Positions 1 to 10,728 of a DNA stretch of 64,000 nt are shown here, piece after piece. The position numbers were made by a program, and so were the translations under genes. The notes under the pieces are model-generated. The model was not told where the DNA came from. It was given only the letters and a program-made list of their open reading frames with translations, and did no database searches. Numbering within the stretch: the first letter of the stretch is position 1; every line of letters starts with the position of its first letter. Origin of the DNA: Bacteroidota bacterium (lineage in GTDB: Bacteria; Bacteroidota; Rhodothermia; Rhodothermales; Bin80); NCBI GenBank assembly GCA_026709065.1, contig JAPOTS010000024.1, positions 6,959 through 70,958 of the forward strand. Reading direction: 5' to 3'.

Positions 1-172
1 TAGTAGGACCAAGTATAAGGATTCAACATCAAAGACAGTGTTTATCATCATACATCTATGAAAACTCGTTATTCTATTTTTCAAATTAGAAATCAGAATG
101 GATGAACACAAACAACTCGGAACGATTCTTGATGCCGTATGTATGAATCTTAATTCACACAATTATCCGCTG

Positions 173-3085
173 ATGAAGATACTTCATTTCCCCCTTCTAT
201 GCTCATACATCTTTTGTAGTTTTTTTGTCACACAGATGGTTTCGGCTCAAAGCACTGCCGAATATGAGCTTACATTTAATGCTACCTGGTCCGCCCAAAC
301 CCATCCTGACCGATTTCCTTCTGGGAGTAATCCTCACTTTACCAGTCTCATCGGAGGAACTCACAATTCATCGGTGACCTTTTGGGAGGTTGGTAGCACT
401 GCGACATCTGGCATTGAAAGTATGGCAGAAACAGGAAGCACTGGTGGTGTCCGGCGTGAGGTGGAAGCCGCAATCGCCTCTAATACTGCGAAATCTGTTC
501 TATCTGGCCCCTCAGTTACCCCCTCTCCCAACAGTGTAACAATGACCTTTGACATTGACTCAAGATGGAGTCTTGTGACTATCACATCAATGTTAGCCCC
601 AAGCCCTGACTGGTTTATTGGTGTTTCAGGACTTGATTTAATGGGTGAAAATGGAGAATGGATGCAAACAAGAGAGGTGGAATTATTTGCCTATGATGCT
701 GGGTCCGAAGATGGGACTGAATATAGTTTAAGCAACCCTGATACGCAGCCAAAAGAAAATATTCGTCGCATTCAGGAAGCCCCCTTTTTAGTCAATGGCA
801 CCGTGAAATCGGTAGGAACATTCGTGTTTGAACTTCAAAATACGAAATCCATTGAGGTCTCCCGTTCAACTGTAACTGTCACTGAAGGGGAGAGTGAGAC
901 GTTTGATGTCACTCTTTCTTCTGCACCGTCTGGAACAGTCAATGTTCGTCTTTCTTCAAGTTCAGATCAACTCACTGTGGCCCCTACAGAGTTGACATTC
1001 ACATCTACAACCTACAGTGACAACATGACGGTAACCATCACTGCCCCATTGGACGATGATTCCGACGACCTCACTGGGACATCTATCACTTTAACGGCTA
1101 GTGGTGGTGGTTATGATAATCTTACAAATAAAATTACTGTGAATGTTGATGACATCACTTTAACCAATCCTACTATTGAGATAGACCCTAACATGGTTTC
1201 TATTCCCGAAGGTGAATCTACAACCCTCTCAGTTAATCTTTCTGAGCGACCGATCTCTGATGTGACCATTACACTTTCAGAATTTGACAATTCAAATTTT
1301 TCCCGCTCTCCATCGTCACTCATCTTCAATCGTTCAAATTTTGACCAAGCTCAGTCAGTTGAAATCACTCTTTCTGAGGATGATGATTCAGATGATGAAT
1401 CAAGTACTCTTACTTTGACTGCCACAGGTGGGGGGTATGATGGTCAGTCCATGGACGTTTCAGTCTCTGGAGATGATGATGATCTTGCGGATGCAATGAT
1501 CCTCGTAAATCCCTCAACATTAACTGTTGCACCAGATGGTTTTAAGCTTTTTCTTGTCACATTGTCTATAGAACCCAGCGCAGATGTAACAGTGATGCTC
1601 TCTAAGTTAACCACAGCAGGCTTAACCTCCAGTGTAGAAAGCTTGGATTTTACAACTTCCAATTTTGGGAATCCTAAGAGTGTGATGATTTCTGCGTCTG
1701 GTGATGCTGCAGAAAGCGATCCTGAAACGCTCACCCTTACTGCCGATGGTGGAGGATACGACAATGCTTCTGCGACTGTCAGCGTTTCTATTAAGAACGC
1801 ACCTCCAATACCAAAATTATCATTAACTGTTGATCCTAATCCAGTGAATGAAGGAGGTGTTGCTACGATCAAATTAACCTTATCCGAAGGATTGTCTAGC
1901 AATGCTATTGTTCCTCTTATAATTGAAGCTGTAACAGCTGAAGAGGATGATTATGTGGTATCTGTAACAGAGTTATTGATTTATGCGATTACACAGACTG
2001 AAGCAACAGAAATTCTTGAAATTAAGGAGGATGATGACTTAGATGATGAAACGCTTACAGTTAGTTTAGGCGATTTACCCGAGGAACTCTCTGGTGCTGA
2101 AAAACCTAATCCTGTCCTTGTTACGATCAAGGACAATGATGCTGATGCACCCATGGCCGTGTTTATTAACAATGCAGAAGGCGATTCAATTGATGTGTAT
2201 CTGAATGATAAAATACTGATTGATGGGTTTTCATTTCAAGAGTCCCGTATTGAGAATTTACAATCTGGTGAGATTACCTTGGATTTGGTGAAAGCTGATG
2301 CTGCCAACAATGACGCTCCGCTCAATTCTTACAGGTTTTTCCCCCAACCTGGAATTAAACATCATTTGATCATTCAAAAATCAAGTGAAGATGTACTCTC
2401 AATTATTGATCTTGATAGCGGAGAATTTGGTGATTCTGATAACAAGGTACGTCTTCGTGCCATCCATGGAGCATCAGATCTCGGTACAGTGAACCTTCTG
2501 ATACATGATGCTGAAAATTCAACACCTGTTGACACTCTGAAAGACCTGAGATTTGGGGCATATAGTCAATATGTCTCACTAGATAGAAAGCTTTTGACCA
2601 TTGCGATAATCTTGAGCTCTACGGGGCAAGAAATTGGCGTTTACAAATTGGATTTATCCGAGAATCCAGAAGAAATTTTTGGACTCTTTCTCTTGTCAGG
2701 CAAAGGTATGAACAGCGCGGAGGGTTTTTCTCCCTTCGGAGTGTGGAGTAGTGGTAAGAAATTCATGCCACTCGTCGTAACCAATGTGGATGATCATCCA
2801 CTCTTGGATGTAGAAGAGATTTCTGTAGGACATTATCCGAATCCATTTATGAACAATGCGAATCTATGGTTTGATCTTCCCGAAACTTCTGAGATAGAAA
2901 TTCAGGTGGTGGATCTATTAGGACGTACAGCTTTTTCCACACTTATTTCGAATCGTAGCGGTGCCCATCAAAACCATCAAATAGATACATCTGGATGGCC
3001 TGCAGGTGTGTATCTTTACCGTTTAGTTATTACTTCTGAAACTGGGCAAACGATTTCTACTGGAAAAATGACGAAAGTGCAGTAA
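173..3085 (+). CDS. Secreted multidomain surface protein: Spondin_N domain, acidic Calx-beta-like modules, DUF4397-like region, T9SS C-terminal sorting domain
   Basis: ORF 98..3085. The internal ATG at 173 gives a signal-peptide-like start (MKILHFPLLCSYIFCSFFVTQMVSAQS). YELTFNATWSAQTHP...LAPSPDWFIGVSGLDL...LFAYDAGSEDG fits the F-spondin N-terminal domain pattern. Three ~100-aa modules end in TLTA(S/T/D)GGGYD, and there is one Calx-beta-like module. The C-terminus (YPNPF...GVYLYRL) is T9SS type A. Confidence 0.8.
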   Translation: MKILHFPLLCSYIFCSFFVTQMVSAQSTAEYELTFNATWSAQTHPDRFPSGSNPHFTSLIGGTHNSSVTFWEVGSTATSGIESMAETGSTGGVRREVEAAIASNTAKSVLSGPSVTPSPNSVTMTFDIDSRWSLVTITSMLAPSPDWFIGVSGLDLMGENGEWMQTREVELFAYDAGSEDGTEYSLSNPDTQPKENIRRIQEAPFLVNGTVKSVGTFVFELQNTKSIEVSRSTVTVTEGESETFDVTLSSAPSGTVNVRLSSSSDQLTVAPTELTFTSTTYSDNMTVTITAPLDDDSDDLTGTSITLTASGGGYDNLTNKITVNVDDITLTNPTIEIDPNMVSIPEGESTTLSVNLSERPISDVTITLSEFDNSNFSRSPSSLIFNRSNFDQAQSVEITLSEDDDSDDESSTLTLTATGGGYDGQSMDVSVSGDDDDLADAMILVNPSTLTVAPDGFKLFLVTLSIEPSADVTVMLSKLTTAGLTSSVESLDFTTSNFGNPKSVMISASGDAAESDPETLTLTADGGGYDNASATVSVSIKNAPPIPKLSLTVDPNPVNEGGVATIKLTLSEGLSSNAIVPLIIEAVTAEEDDYVVSVTELLIYAITQTEATEILEIKEDDDLDDETLTVSLGDLPEELSGAEKPNPVLVTIKDNDADAPMAVFINNAEGDSIDVYLNDKILIDGFSFQESRIENLQSGEITLDLVKADAANNDAPLNSYRFFPQPGIKHHLIIQKSSEDVLSIIDLDSGEFGDSDNKVRLRAIHGASDLGTVNLLIHDAENSTPVDTLKDLRFGAYSQYVSLDRKLLTIAIILSSTGQEIGVYKLDLSENPEEIFGLFLLSGKGMNSAEGFSPFGVWSSGKKFMPLVVTNVDDHPLLDVEEISVGHYPNPFMNNANLWFDLPETSEIEIQVVDLLGRTAFSTLISNRSGAHQNHQIDTSGWPAGVYLYRLVITSETGQTISTGKMTKVQ

Positions 3086-3273
3086 GTGTGCTCACTTAAC
3101 CGTCAATTACCGTTCGCAGGTAGATGACTCTTCGATATTCTCATATCGCAGGATACTCATATTGATTCACGCGTACCCTCAGACATTTCAAAGCGTGATC
3201 AATCATACACCCACCCCCTCAAGTTTATTGAGTAAGACCATTTCGTGCTCAATCATTAAGCGAATGAATTTTG

Positions 3274-4578
3274 TCATTTTGAGTCAGACGGAAGCAAGAT
3301 TCTAAATGTTGACCCTTTGCCAATTGTTGACTGAATAAGTGTCAAGTCCCCGCCATGATAGTCTTCAATGATGCGTTTCGCCAAACTCAGACCTAAGCCC
3401 CATCCACGAGTCTTCGTACTAAATCCTGGCTTGAAAATATTTGACCAGTCTCTGCGATCAACCCCTTTCCCATTATCAATCACATCAATATATACCCGAT
3501 TACGGTCAGTACTTGCTTTGATTTGAATTCTACCCTCTTCACTCTCAATCGCATCCATTGCATTCTTAAGCAGATTCTCAATCACCCACGCAAATAACTC
3601 AGAATTGACTGGGGATATTAATTCATGACTCACCTCTACATCCAATGACATACCACGTCGGGGAAAGCGACGACGAACGTAATTAGCTGTTGCATCAATG
3701 ATTGGCGCAATGGATTGGTTAATTAACTTTGGCTGGGATCCAATATCGTTAAATCGTTGAGTAATTAATTCTAATCGCTTCAAATCTGCATCCATCTCCT
3801 TCAATATATCTTGGTCCGTATTAGAACTTCCCCGCATGACTTCAACCCAACCCATCAAACTTGAAATCGGTGTCCCTAACTGATGTGCTGCCTCTCGAGC
3901 CATTCCTACCCAGAGATTGCTCTGCTCACTCCTTCGTGCATAGGAGAATCCTAAGTAGCCAAATCCAATAAATAACGCTACAAATGTGAGCTGCAAATAG
4001 GGGTAAATCCGCAAATCCCTGATCACTGAACTCTCTCCATAATGGACACGCTGAATCAGTGCAGGAGTCAATGAATCTTGCGCAATCTCAATTCGAATTG
4101 GATCGTAATTACGATCCATCTCAGCAATTCGATCTCTAACAGTCAACGAGTCTTCTGAACTTAATTGCCCTTCCTCTGAAACTCCAATATGCTGCCATCT
4201 CACTGGATGCCCCTGCTCATCTACGATCGCCGCTGGGACATCAGGAGAGTGTTTTGTCATCACATCAAATATAAAGTCCATCTGATCTCCCATGGGTACA
4301 TCGGCTGCCCAACCAAGAGCTGCACGATACCTTGGTGTCATTGGATCTGACGAATCAAGTCCATCTGAAATTGCACGTAAATCTGATTGATACGGGTTTG
4401 GGCGTGTTGCATGTGCAACCTGCTCTATTGCAGCAGCCCAAATCGTGACAGCTGTACGCTCTCTTTCTTGTAAATGACGTACAAGATTACTAGTGTATAA
4501 CAAAGAGGCCAGTGCAATGCTAACAGCAAATACACTGAGCAATAGCTTAGGCCTAAGCTTCGCGGTCAGAGTTCGCAT
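3274..4578 (-). CDS. Sensor histidine kinase (orphan, two TM segments)
   Basis: H-box HQLGTPISSLMGW, N-box ENLLKNAMDAI, G-boxes DNGKGV and GWGLGLS. Hydrophobic segments near the N-terminus and at YLQLTFVALFIGFGYLGF. Confidence 0.85.
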   Translation of the reverse strand: MRTLTAKLRPKLLLSVFAVSIALASLLYTSNLVRHLQERERTAVTIWAAAIEQVAHATRPNPYQSDLRAISDGLDSSDPMTPRYRAALGWAADVPMGDQMDFIFDVMTKHSPDVPAAIVDEQGHPVRWQHIGVSEEGQLSSEDSLTVRDRIAEMDRNYDPIRIEIAQDSLTPALIQRVHYGESSVIRDLRIYPYLQLTFVALFIGFGYLGFSYARRSEQSNLWVGMAREAAHQLGTPISSLMGWVEVMRGSSNTDQDILKEMDADLKRLELITQRFNDIGSQPKLINQSIAPIIDATANYVRRRFPRRGMSLDVEVSHELISPVNSELFAWVIENLLKNAMDAIESEEGRIQIKASTDRNRVYIDVIDNGKGVDRRDWSNIFKPGFSTKTRGWGLGLSLAKRIIEDYHGGDLTLIQSTIGKGSTFRILLPSDSK

Positions 4579-4605
4579 ATCCTGAATAGTCTGAAAGTGA
4601 GGAGA

Positions 4606-5880
4606 TCAATCAACTGCCAGCGTAATCATCTGTGTACGCTCTGGTCCAGTAGAAACAAGCCTTACAGGAACACCTGTAAATTTTTGAATTCTATTGATTA
4701 GAGTTTTAGCTTCACGGGGAAGATCATCAATGTGTTTACATCCAAAAATATCTTTGTCCCATCCTTGAAGAACTTCATAGCGCGGTCGAATAGGATCTAT
4801 CATCGCATTGATATCATAGATGAATGCGCTGAGTGTTCCGGAATCATTTTCATAGGCGTGGCAAATATTGATGGATTCCAACCCAGACAATACATCTAAC
4901 TTCGTGATCACTAATTCTGTGAAACCGTTGAGCCTACAACTATAACGCAGTGCCACGAGATCCAACCAACCACATCTTCGAGGTCGACCAGTTGTAGCCC
5001 CAAATTCTGCCCCCACTCCCCGCAAATGATCCCCGACCCCATCAAATAACTCGGTAGGAAATGGTCCGCGTCCGACACGAGTGCAATACGCTTTTGTGAT
5101 TCCTATCACACGGTTGATTGCATTGGGTGGGATTCCCAGACCAGTACATACTCCCCCCGCACTAGGAGAACTTGAGGTCACAAAGGGATATGTACCAAAA
5201 TCTATATCTAAAAGAGAACCCTGCGCGCCCTCTGCAAGAATTTGTTTATCATACTTCAATGCATCATGAAGGTAATGAGTTGTATTGGTTACATACTCTG
5301 ATATGGTCTTCCCCAACTTGACATGCTCATCTATGATTTCTTCTGCATCTAACTCTGGTCTGCCATAAACGCGGCTGAGGACTGTATTAACTCGCTTGAC
5401 TTCATCATTCAACCGCTGTGATAAATGTCTCGGGTAAAGTAATTCACCGATCCGTATTCCAGTTCGAGCAATTTTATCAGTATACGCTGGGCCAATTCCT
5501 CTCTTGGTTGTTCCAATTGTTTCTGCGGCCTCCACCTTCTCAATGGCTTGATGGTAAGGTAAGATGCAATGAGCGTGTTCGGAGATCCATAATCGACCCG
5601 AAAGATCAATCCCTAACTGCTGTACATCCTGAATCTCATCGACTAATGCCCTGACATCTATGACCACCCCATTACCAATGACACAATCAACCCCATCTGT
5701 GAAGACACCGCTGGGCAATAGATGCAACACATGAGTAGTATCCCCCCATTTGATGGTATGCCCTGCATTCGCTCCACCCTGATAGCGTGCAACAATATCA
5801 AATTCAGGCGATAGGATGTCTACAACTTTGCCCTTGCCTTCATCCCCCCACTGACTACCTACCACTACAGTGACCGCCAT
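4606..5880 (-). CDS. purA: Adenylosuccinate synthetase
   Basis: Hallmark N-terminus VVVGSQWGDEGKGK, GGANAGHT, and the TTKRGIGPAY and GATTGRPRRCGW motifs over the full length. Confidence 0.97.
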   Translation of the reverse strand: MAVTVVVGSQWGDEGKGKVVDILSPEFDIVARYQGGANAGHTIKWGDTTHVLHLLPSGVFTDGVDCVIGNGVVIDVRALVDEIQDVQQLGIDLSGRLWISEHAHCILPYHQAIEKVEAAETIGTTKRGIGPAYTDKIARTGIRIGELLYPRHLSQRLNDEVKRVNTVLSRVYGRPELDAEEIIDEHVKLGKTISEYVTNTTHYLHDALKYDKQILAEGAQGSLLDIDFGTYPFVTSSSPSAGGVCTGLGIPPNAINRVIGITKAYCTRVGRGPFPTELFDGVGDHLRGVGAEFGATTGRPRRCGWLDLVALRYSCRLNGFTELVITKLDVLSGLESINICHAYENDSGTLSAFIYDINAMIDPIRPRYEVLQGWDKDIFGCKHIDDLPREAKTLINRIQKFTGVPVRLVSTGPERTQMITLAVD

Positions 5881-5947
5881 TACGTTATCTTTACAGGACA
5901 GGTGTTACCGATAGACCTAACTGACAGGGCTACCAATTATAATGTAT

Positions 5948-6292
5948 CTATGATGTCTTAAAACTTTCTGCTGCCTCCTGATCAGAGTCAAAGTGTTCAA
6001 AGACTGTAATGAGCTTAGTTATAACTAGAAGCGACCTGATTTTGGATGCGGGGTTAGAAAGGCGTAAATCTCCGCCAGCATTGCGCATGGAAGTCATTGC
6101 ACTAATCAACATCCCCAAGCCACTTGAATTCATGATCCTGACCTTTGCAAGATTCACAACGACATTCAACTTCCCCTCTTCTTTGAGGGTATTGATGGTT
6201 TCTTGGAACTTCGTCGCCGTTGGTCCCCCCATCACATTTCCCTTAAGGGTGATGATTACTGCGTTATATTGCTCGTCAACTGAATAATTCAT
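5948..6292 (-). CDS. STAS-domain anti-sigma-factor antagonist (SpoIIAA-like)
   Basis: ORF 5948..6352 trimmed to the ATG at 6292 to avoid overlapping secF. Has the MNSSGLGMLIS phosphorylatable-serine motif typical of STAS/SpoIIAA proteins. Confidence 0.75.
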   Translation of the reverse strand: MNYSVDEQYNAVIITLKGNVMGGPTATKFQETINTLKEEGKLNVVVNLAKVRIMNSSGLGMLISAMTSMRNAGGDLRLSNPASKIRSLLVITKLITVFEHFDSDQEAAESFKTS

Positions 6293-6302
6293 GATTTCTC
6301 GG

Positions 6303-7244
6303 TTAGCGTCTACCGGGTGTCCCACCCGAAGTAGACCGATGATGCAATTCAACCACTACTGGAGTGGCCACAAATATGGACGAATAAGTCCCGATAATAA
6401 TTCCAATAATTAGTGCGAAAGAAAATCCTCTCAAAACCTCTCCTCCAAAGGTAAACAATGTAGCAACAACCAGCAATGTTGTTCCAGATGTAACAAATGT
6501 ACGACTTAACGTTGTATTAACCGAGCGGTTGACTACAATTTGATAGGGTTCAGTCTTAAACAGATTCGTGTATTCTCGAATCCGATCAAATATAACCACT
6601 GTATCATTAAGCGAATACCCCACAATTGTCAAAAATGCAGCAATAATTGCCTGATCAATCTGCATTGAAAAAGGCATGAACCCTTGAAGCAACGAAAATA
6701 TACCCAAGGTAATCAACACATCATGAAATAGAGCAGCCACTGCACCAAGGCCGAATCGCCACTCAAATCGTAGCATCACATACAGAAAAATTACCAGTAA
6801 GGATCCAAGCACAGCATACAACGACCCACGCTTCAAATCCTCCGCAAACCGGGGGCCGACAACATCAGTCTTAATGACCCGCGGGTTGGCATCAGGGAAT
6901 TGTGATGCAATCGCTCCAACAATGGTTGCTTGGACTTCTGATGTTTCACCTTCGGAAGCAGCCCGAATTAGAAGAGCATCCTGCCCCCCTGCCCCAACAT
7001 CACTGTATGTTTTCACCTCAGGTGCACTTTCTAACACCGTTGTGAGGGTCGTGCGAACTTCGGTAGCTTCAAGTAATTGATCACTCTCTACAACAAACTC
7101 CATTCCACCTCTGAAATCAATTCCTAATTCTAACCCGCGAGTAACAATGGCTCCAATACTGAGAAGGAGCAAGATACCACTAATAAGGTATCCCCTACTT
7201 CTGCTACCGACTAAATTAAACTCAGTATTCTCAAAAATACGCAT
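6303..7244 (-). CDS. secF: Protein translocase subunit SecF
   Basis: Six-TM SecF pattern (GIDFRGG, LNDTVVIFDRIRE), directly downstream of secD. Confidence 0.93.
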   Translation of the reverse strand: MRIFENTEFNLVGSRSRGYLISGILLLLSIGAIVTRGLELGIDFRGGMEFVVESDQLLEATEVRTTLTTVLESAPEVKTYSDVGAGGQDALLIRAASEGETSEVQATIVGAIASQFPDANPRVIKTDVVGPRFAEDLKRGSLYAVLGSLLVIFLYVMLRFEWRFGLGAVAALFHDVLITLGIFSLLQGFMPFSMQIDQAIIAAFLTIVGYSLNDTVVIFDRIREYTNLFKTEPYQIVVNRSVNTTLSRTFVTSGTTLLVVATLFTFGGEVLRGFSFALIIGIIIGTYSSIFVATPVVVELHHRSTSGGTPGRR

Positions 7245-7276
7245 ATATAATTTTCACATTTGATTGTCTGCGTAGA

Positions 7277-9154
7277 TCAGCCAAAACTCACTGCTCCACG
7301 ACGTCCAATCACCACAAAATCAAAAATGATACGAGTAAACACAATTGCACTAAAGAGTGACGCAAGAATTCCTGCCATTAACGTCACAGCAAACCCTTGA
7401 ATTGGGCCAACTCCAAATGAATACAGTATAAGTCCAACGAAAAAGGTCGTGATGTTCGCATCAATGATAGCGCTGAGGGCCTTCCCATATCCTCCATCAA
7501 TTGATGCCTTGAGTGTCTTTCCAGACGATTGCTCTTCCCTCACACGCTCAAAGATGAGCACGTTTGCATCAACGGCCATACCAATTGTAAGGACGATTCC
7601 AGCGATTCCCGGTAAAGTCAGTGTCGCATTAAATGCAGACAAAATCCCTAAAATAAATATAATATTAATGATCAAAGCAAGGTCAGCAACCATACCCCCT
7701 GCTCTGTAATAGATGATCATAAACAAAGCCACAATGGTGAGTCCTACCATGAGTGATGTAAATCCAGACTGACGGGCAACAACCCCAAGACTAGGACCCA
7801 CTGTGCGTTCTTCAACAATTTCTACAGGTGCTGGAAGTGCACCACTTTTTAGAACCGTAACGATATCATCTGCCTCTTCCTGTGATGCCAATCCAGTGAT
7901 TTGTGAGCGTCCTCCACTGATCTGATTGATGACTGTTGGATAAGAATAGACAACTTGATCAAGCACAATCGCAATATTTTTACCAACATTAGCCCCAGTC
8001 AAACGAGACCATATTCGGGCCCCCTCGGAGTTCATTTCCATATCAACCAAAGGCTGGTTAGTGGTCTGATCAAAGTCTGCCCTTGAATCAGTAATGACAT
8101 CCCCAGTTAATTCAGCGTTTACATTGACGGCTAACACAGGATAATATTCTCCACTCGTACTACTTGGGTTCGCATCATAGAGTAGCTCTATATCCCGTGG
8201 GAGCATTGCCATTACTTCTGATTCAGACATCAGAGCATTGAAAGTGGATGTGTCCTGAACCGATACTTCCCCAAACACGACAGATCCCTGACCAGCAGGA
8301 ATCAGTACGTCTAAAAGTGGATTGCCTACGTCATCTATCTCAGAATCGGCAAGTAATTGACTCACATCAAATGTGGTATCTGAGGGCTCAACATTGGTCG
8401 TATCCTCGTCTACATTTTCAACTACTTCTGGCGGAGCAACATCTACTTCAAAGTGACTAATGATACGTTGCAAGGAGGAGTTTAGTTCCCCAGGATCTGC
8501 CATCAGCCGAAACTCCAATCGTGCAGTACCTTTTAACAGGCGACGAACTCGCTCTGGATCATCAATGCCGGGCAACTCAACGACAATTCTACGACTACCT
8601 TGGGTCTGAATGGATGGTTCAGTGACACCAAATCTATCAACGCGATTACGGATCACTTCCATCGCACGGGCGATTGCATCAGTCGCTTGTGTGCTTAAAA
8701 AATCAGTTACATCCGCGTTACTTGATCTACGAGTAATCTCCTCGCTTCGAAAATATCTTGAAAGGCTAGCTTCAGAGTCTCGCGATTCAAATTCCTCCAC
8801 AAATGCATCAATGAGTGAGACTCCATCCTCTTGGCTACGTAAGTCAGCAGCTGCCAGCACCTGATCAAACGCATCATCTCGTCGCTCACCAGCGAGTTGG
8901 ACCAGTAACTCGTGAAGGCCCACTTCCATAGTCGTATGCATTCCGCCTTGCAAATCAAGCCCCAGATTGAGAGACCGCTCCTTGATTGACTCAATTCTGG
9001 CATAATTTTCGCGCTCGTAGTCGCTTCTCTCCTCTTGATCCATATCTGTCAGTTGATTGTTAAGCGACAATCCCTGCACCGAAGGAAATAAATACCAAAG
9101 AGAAAGTGCGAGAAAGAAAACGACCGCACCTATTTTAAATCCGTTACCTTGCAT
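7277..9154 (-). CDS. secD: Protein translocase subunit SecD
   Basis: LGLDLQGG, large periplasmic domain, C-terminal TM bundle with AVDANVLIFERVREE. Confidence 0.93.
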   Translation of the reverse strand: MQGNGFKIGAVVFFLALSLWYLFPSVQGLSLNNQLTDMDQEERSDYERENYARIESIKERSLNLGLDLQGGMHTTMEVGLHELLVQLAGERRDDAFDQVLAAADLRSQEDGVSLIDAFVEEFESRDSEASLSRYFRSEEITRRSSNADVTDFLSTQATDAIARAMEVIRNRVDRFGVTEPSIQTQGSRRIVVELPGIDDPERVRRLLKGTARLEFRLMADPGELNSSLQRIISHFEVDVAPPEVVENVDEDTTNVEPSDTTFDVSQLLADSEIDDVGNPLLDVLIPAGQGSVVFGEVSVQDTSTFNALMSESEVMAMLPRDIELLYDANPSSTSGEYYPVLAVNVNAELTGDVITDSRADFDQTTNQPLVDMEMNSEGARIWSRLTGANVGKNIAIVLDQVVYSYPTVINQISGGRSQITGLASQEEADDIVTVLKSGALPAPVEIVEERTVGPSLGVVARQSGFTSLMVGLTIVALFMIIYYRAGGMVADLALIINIIFILGILSAFNATLTLPGIAGIVLTIGMAVDANVLIFERVREEQSSGKTLKASIDGGYGKALSAIIDANITTFFVGLILYSFGVGPIQGFAVTLMAGILASLFSAIVFTRIIFDFVVIGRRGAVSFG

Positions 9155-9423
9155 GTATGCTATCTAAATGAATTGTGTGTCTACACACGAATAATTTACT
9201 CACAGCCCGTTGTAACGCGTTTCAACAAAAAAAGGTGCCAAAATGATGAAATTCATCAAATTCTTTGAAGTTCTTAATGTGTTGTATGATCCAGAAATAC
9301 AATAATTGACAAATGTTCTAAACCATCTTGAGGAGTAGATCGCTAAAATTCCTGCCACACTTGTCCAACCATCTATACGTTACAATACTTCCAGATTGGA
9401 AATCATGAAGCAATCAATACTCT

Positions 9424-10728
9424 CTAAATTGAAAGCCATGCCTCAGTTTGACGCGCAAGAACTGATTCAGCAGATATTTCTTCTGAGAGTAGTGCCCGAC
9501 TAACGCGTTCCATCCGAGCACCCTGAGAACCTTTGACCAAGATGACATCCCCCGGCTGAGGTGAATATACTCTCCCGTGAGATAATTCGCTTGCAAGTTC
9601 CATTGATTCAGGAAAACACTGAATCTCATAACCTAATTCGGATCGTAATGTCATTGAGGCCTTTTCCATGCGTGGACCACATCCAATGATATAGTCCGAA
9701 ACTTTGGCTGCCATCTTTAAGATGTACTGATGATCTTCCTCCTCACGATCACCTAGCTCTAACATATCTCCCAAAAATACCACACGTCTCTGAGCAGAAG
9801 ATTTTGAAAGGACATCAAGTGCTAACTTAACGGCAGCAGGACTGGCGTTATATGAATCGTCAATTAAACTGGCCCCTGCCCTTGCAGGCAATTGATTAAG
9901 TCGGCCCTTTTCGGGCTTGATCCTCGATAGACCTTGATTGATTGTAACAGGATCAATCCCGACGGCTATCCCAGCAGCATAGGCCGCCATCAATATATAG
10001 ATGACATGATCCCCTAACAATGATACCGTAGCCGTGATGTTGTGCGGTTGAATGTGTGCGTCGGTAGACATTCCATAAAAAATATGTTGCCCCTTACAAA
10101 CCGACACCATTGCTCGAGTCAATTCATCATCCGCATTTAAACAAGCAATTCCTGTTGGGCTGAGTGCGCGAACCAGTTCGCTTTTTTCGCGCTCCACGCC
10201 CTGAATCGATCCTAGCATTTCTAAATGCACACCTCTAACATTGGTGATGATGGAAATATCTGGAGTGTAGTATTGGCATATTTCTGAGAGGTCGCCTTTT
10301 TGGCTTGCCCCCATTTCAAGTACAAGCCGACTATTTGAATCGAAATGACGATTGGCCAGAGTGAGTGATAGCCCTAATAATGTATTGAGATTACCGACTG
10401 ATGACACCACCGGGCCAGCCATTTGCAAAACCTCTGTAACAGCATTACGCGTTGTCGTTTTCCCGACAGATCCAGTAATTGCAATCACCTGTGCCCCAGA
10501 TTGCCGAACGTTTTTTGAAGCGATCTGAGCAAGATAAAGAATCGCATTGGGTACGATGTCCAATTGATTTGGATTGACTCCTTCAATCCGTGTCTCTACC
10601 ACGGCTCGTATAGCCCCTTTTCTGAAAGCGTCTTGAACAAAATCATGCCCATCATAACGGTCACCACGAATGGCAACGTAGGTATCTCCTTCACAAATTG
10701 ACCTTGTATCTGTTGAATAGGCCATCAA
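9424..10728 (-). CDS. murF: UDP-N-acetylmuramoyl-tripeptide--D-alanyl-D-alanine ligase
   Basis: Mur ligase P-loop ITGSVGKTTT and the DDSYNASP motif. The start overlaps the ddl stop (translational coupling). Confidence 0.9.
   Translation of the reverse strand: MMAYSTDTRSICEGDTYVAIRGDRYDGHDFVQDAFRKGAIRAVVETRIEGVNPNQLDIVPNAILYLAQIASKNVRQSGAQVIAITGSVGKTTTRNAVTEVLQMAGPVVSSVGNLNTLLGLSLTLANRHFDSNSRLVLEMGASQKGDLSEICQYYTPDISIITNVRGVHLEMLGSIQGVEREKSELVRALSPTGIACLNADDELTRAMVSVCKGQHIFYGMSTDAHIQPHNITATVSLLGDHVIYILMAAYAAGIAVGIDPVTINQGLSRIKPEKGRLNQLPARAGASLIDDSYNASPAAVKLALDVLSKSSAQRRVVFLGDMLELGDREEEDHQYILKMAAKVSDYIIGCGPRMEKASMTLRSELGYEIQCFPESMELASELSHGRVYSPQPGDVILVKGSQGARMERVSRALLSEEISAESVLARQTEAWLSI

Noticed and set aside
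98-172. The upstream ATG at 98 for the first gene.
   Set aside because: The ATG at 173 yields a normal signal peptide. The 25 extra residues are polar and would bury it. The choice remains uncertain.
361-2172. Antisense ORFs inside the Spondin_N protein gene (361..585, 1111..1329, 1444..1902, 1981..2172).
   Set aside because: They lie fully within a long, motif-rich sense ORF. Their translations are low-complexity (S/V/T-rich), as expected from the reverse complement of acidic repeat modules, and carry no motifs.
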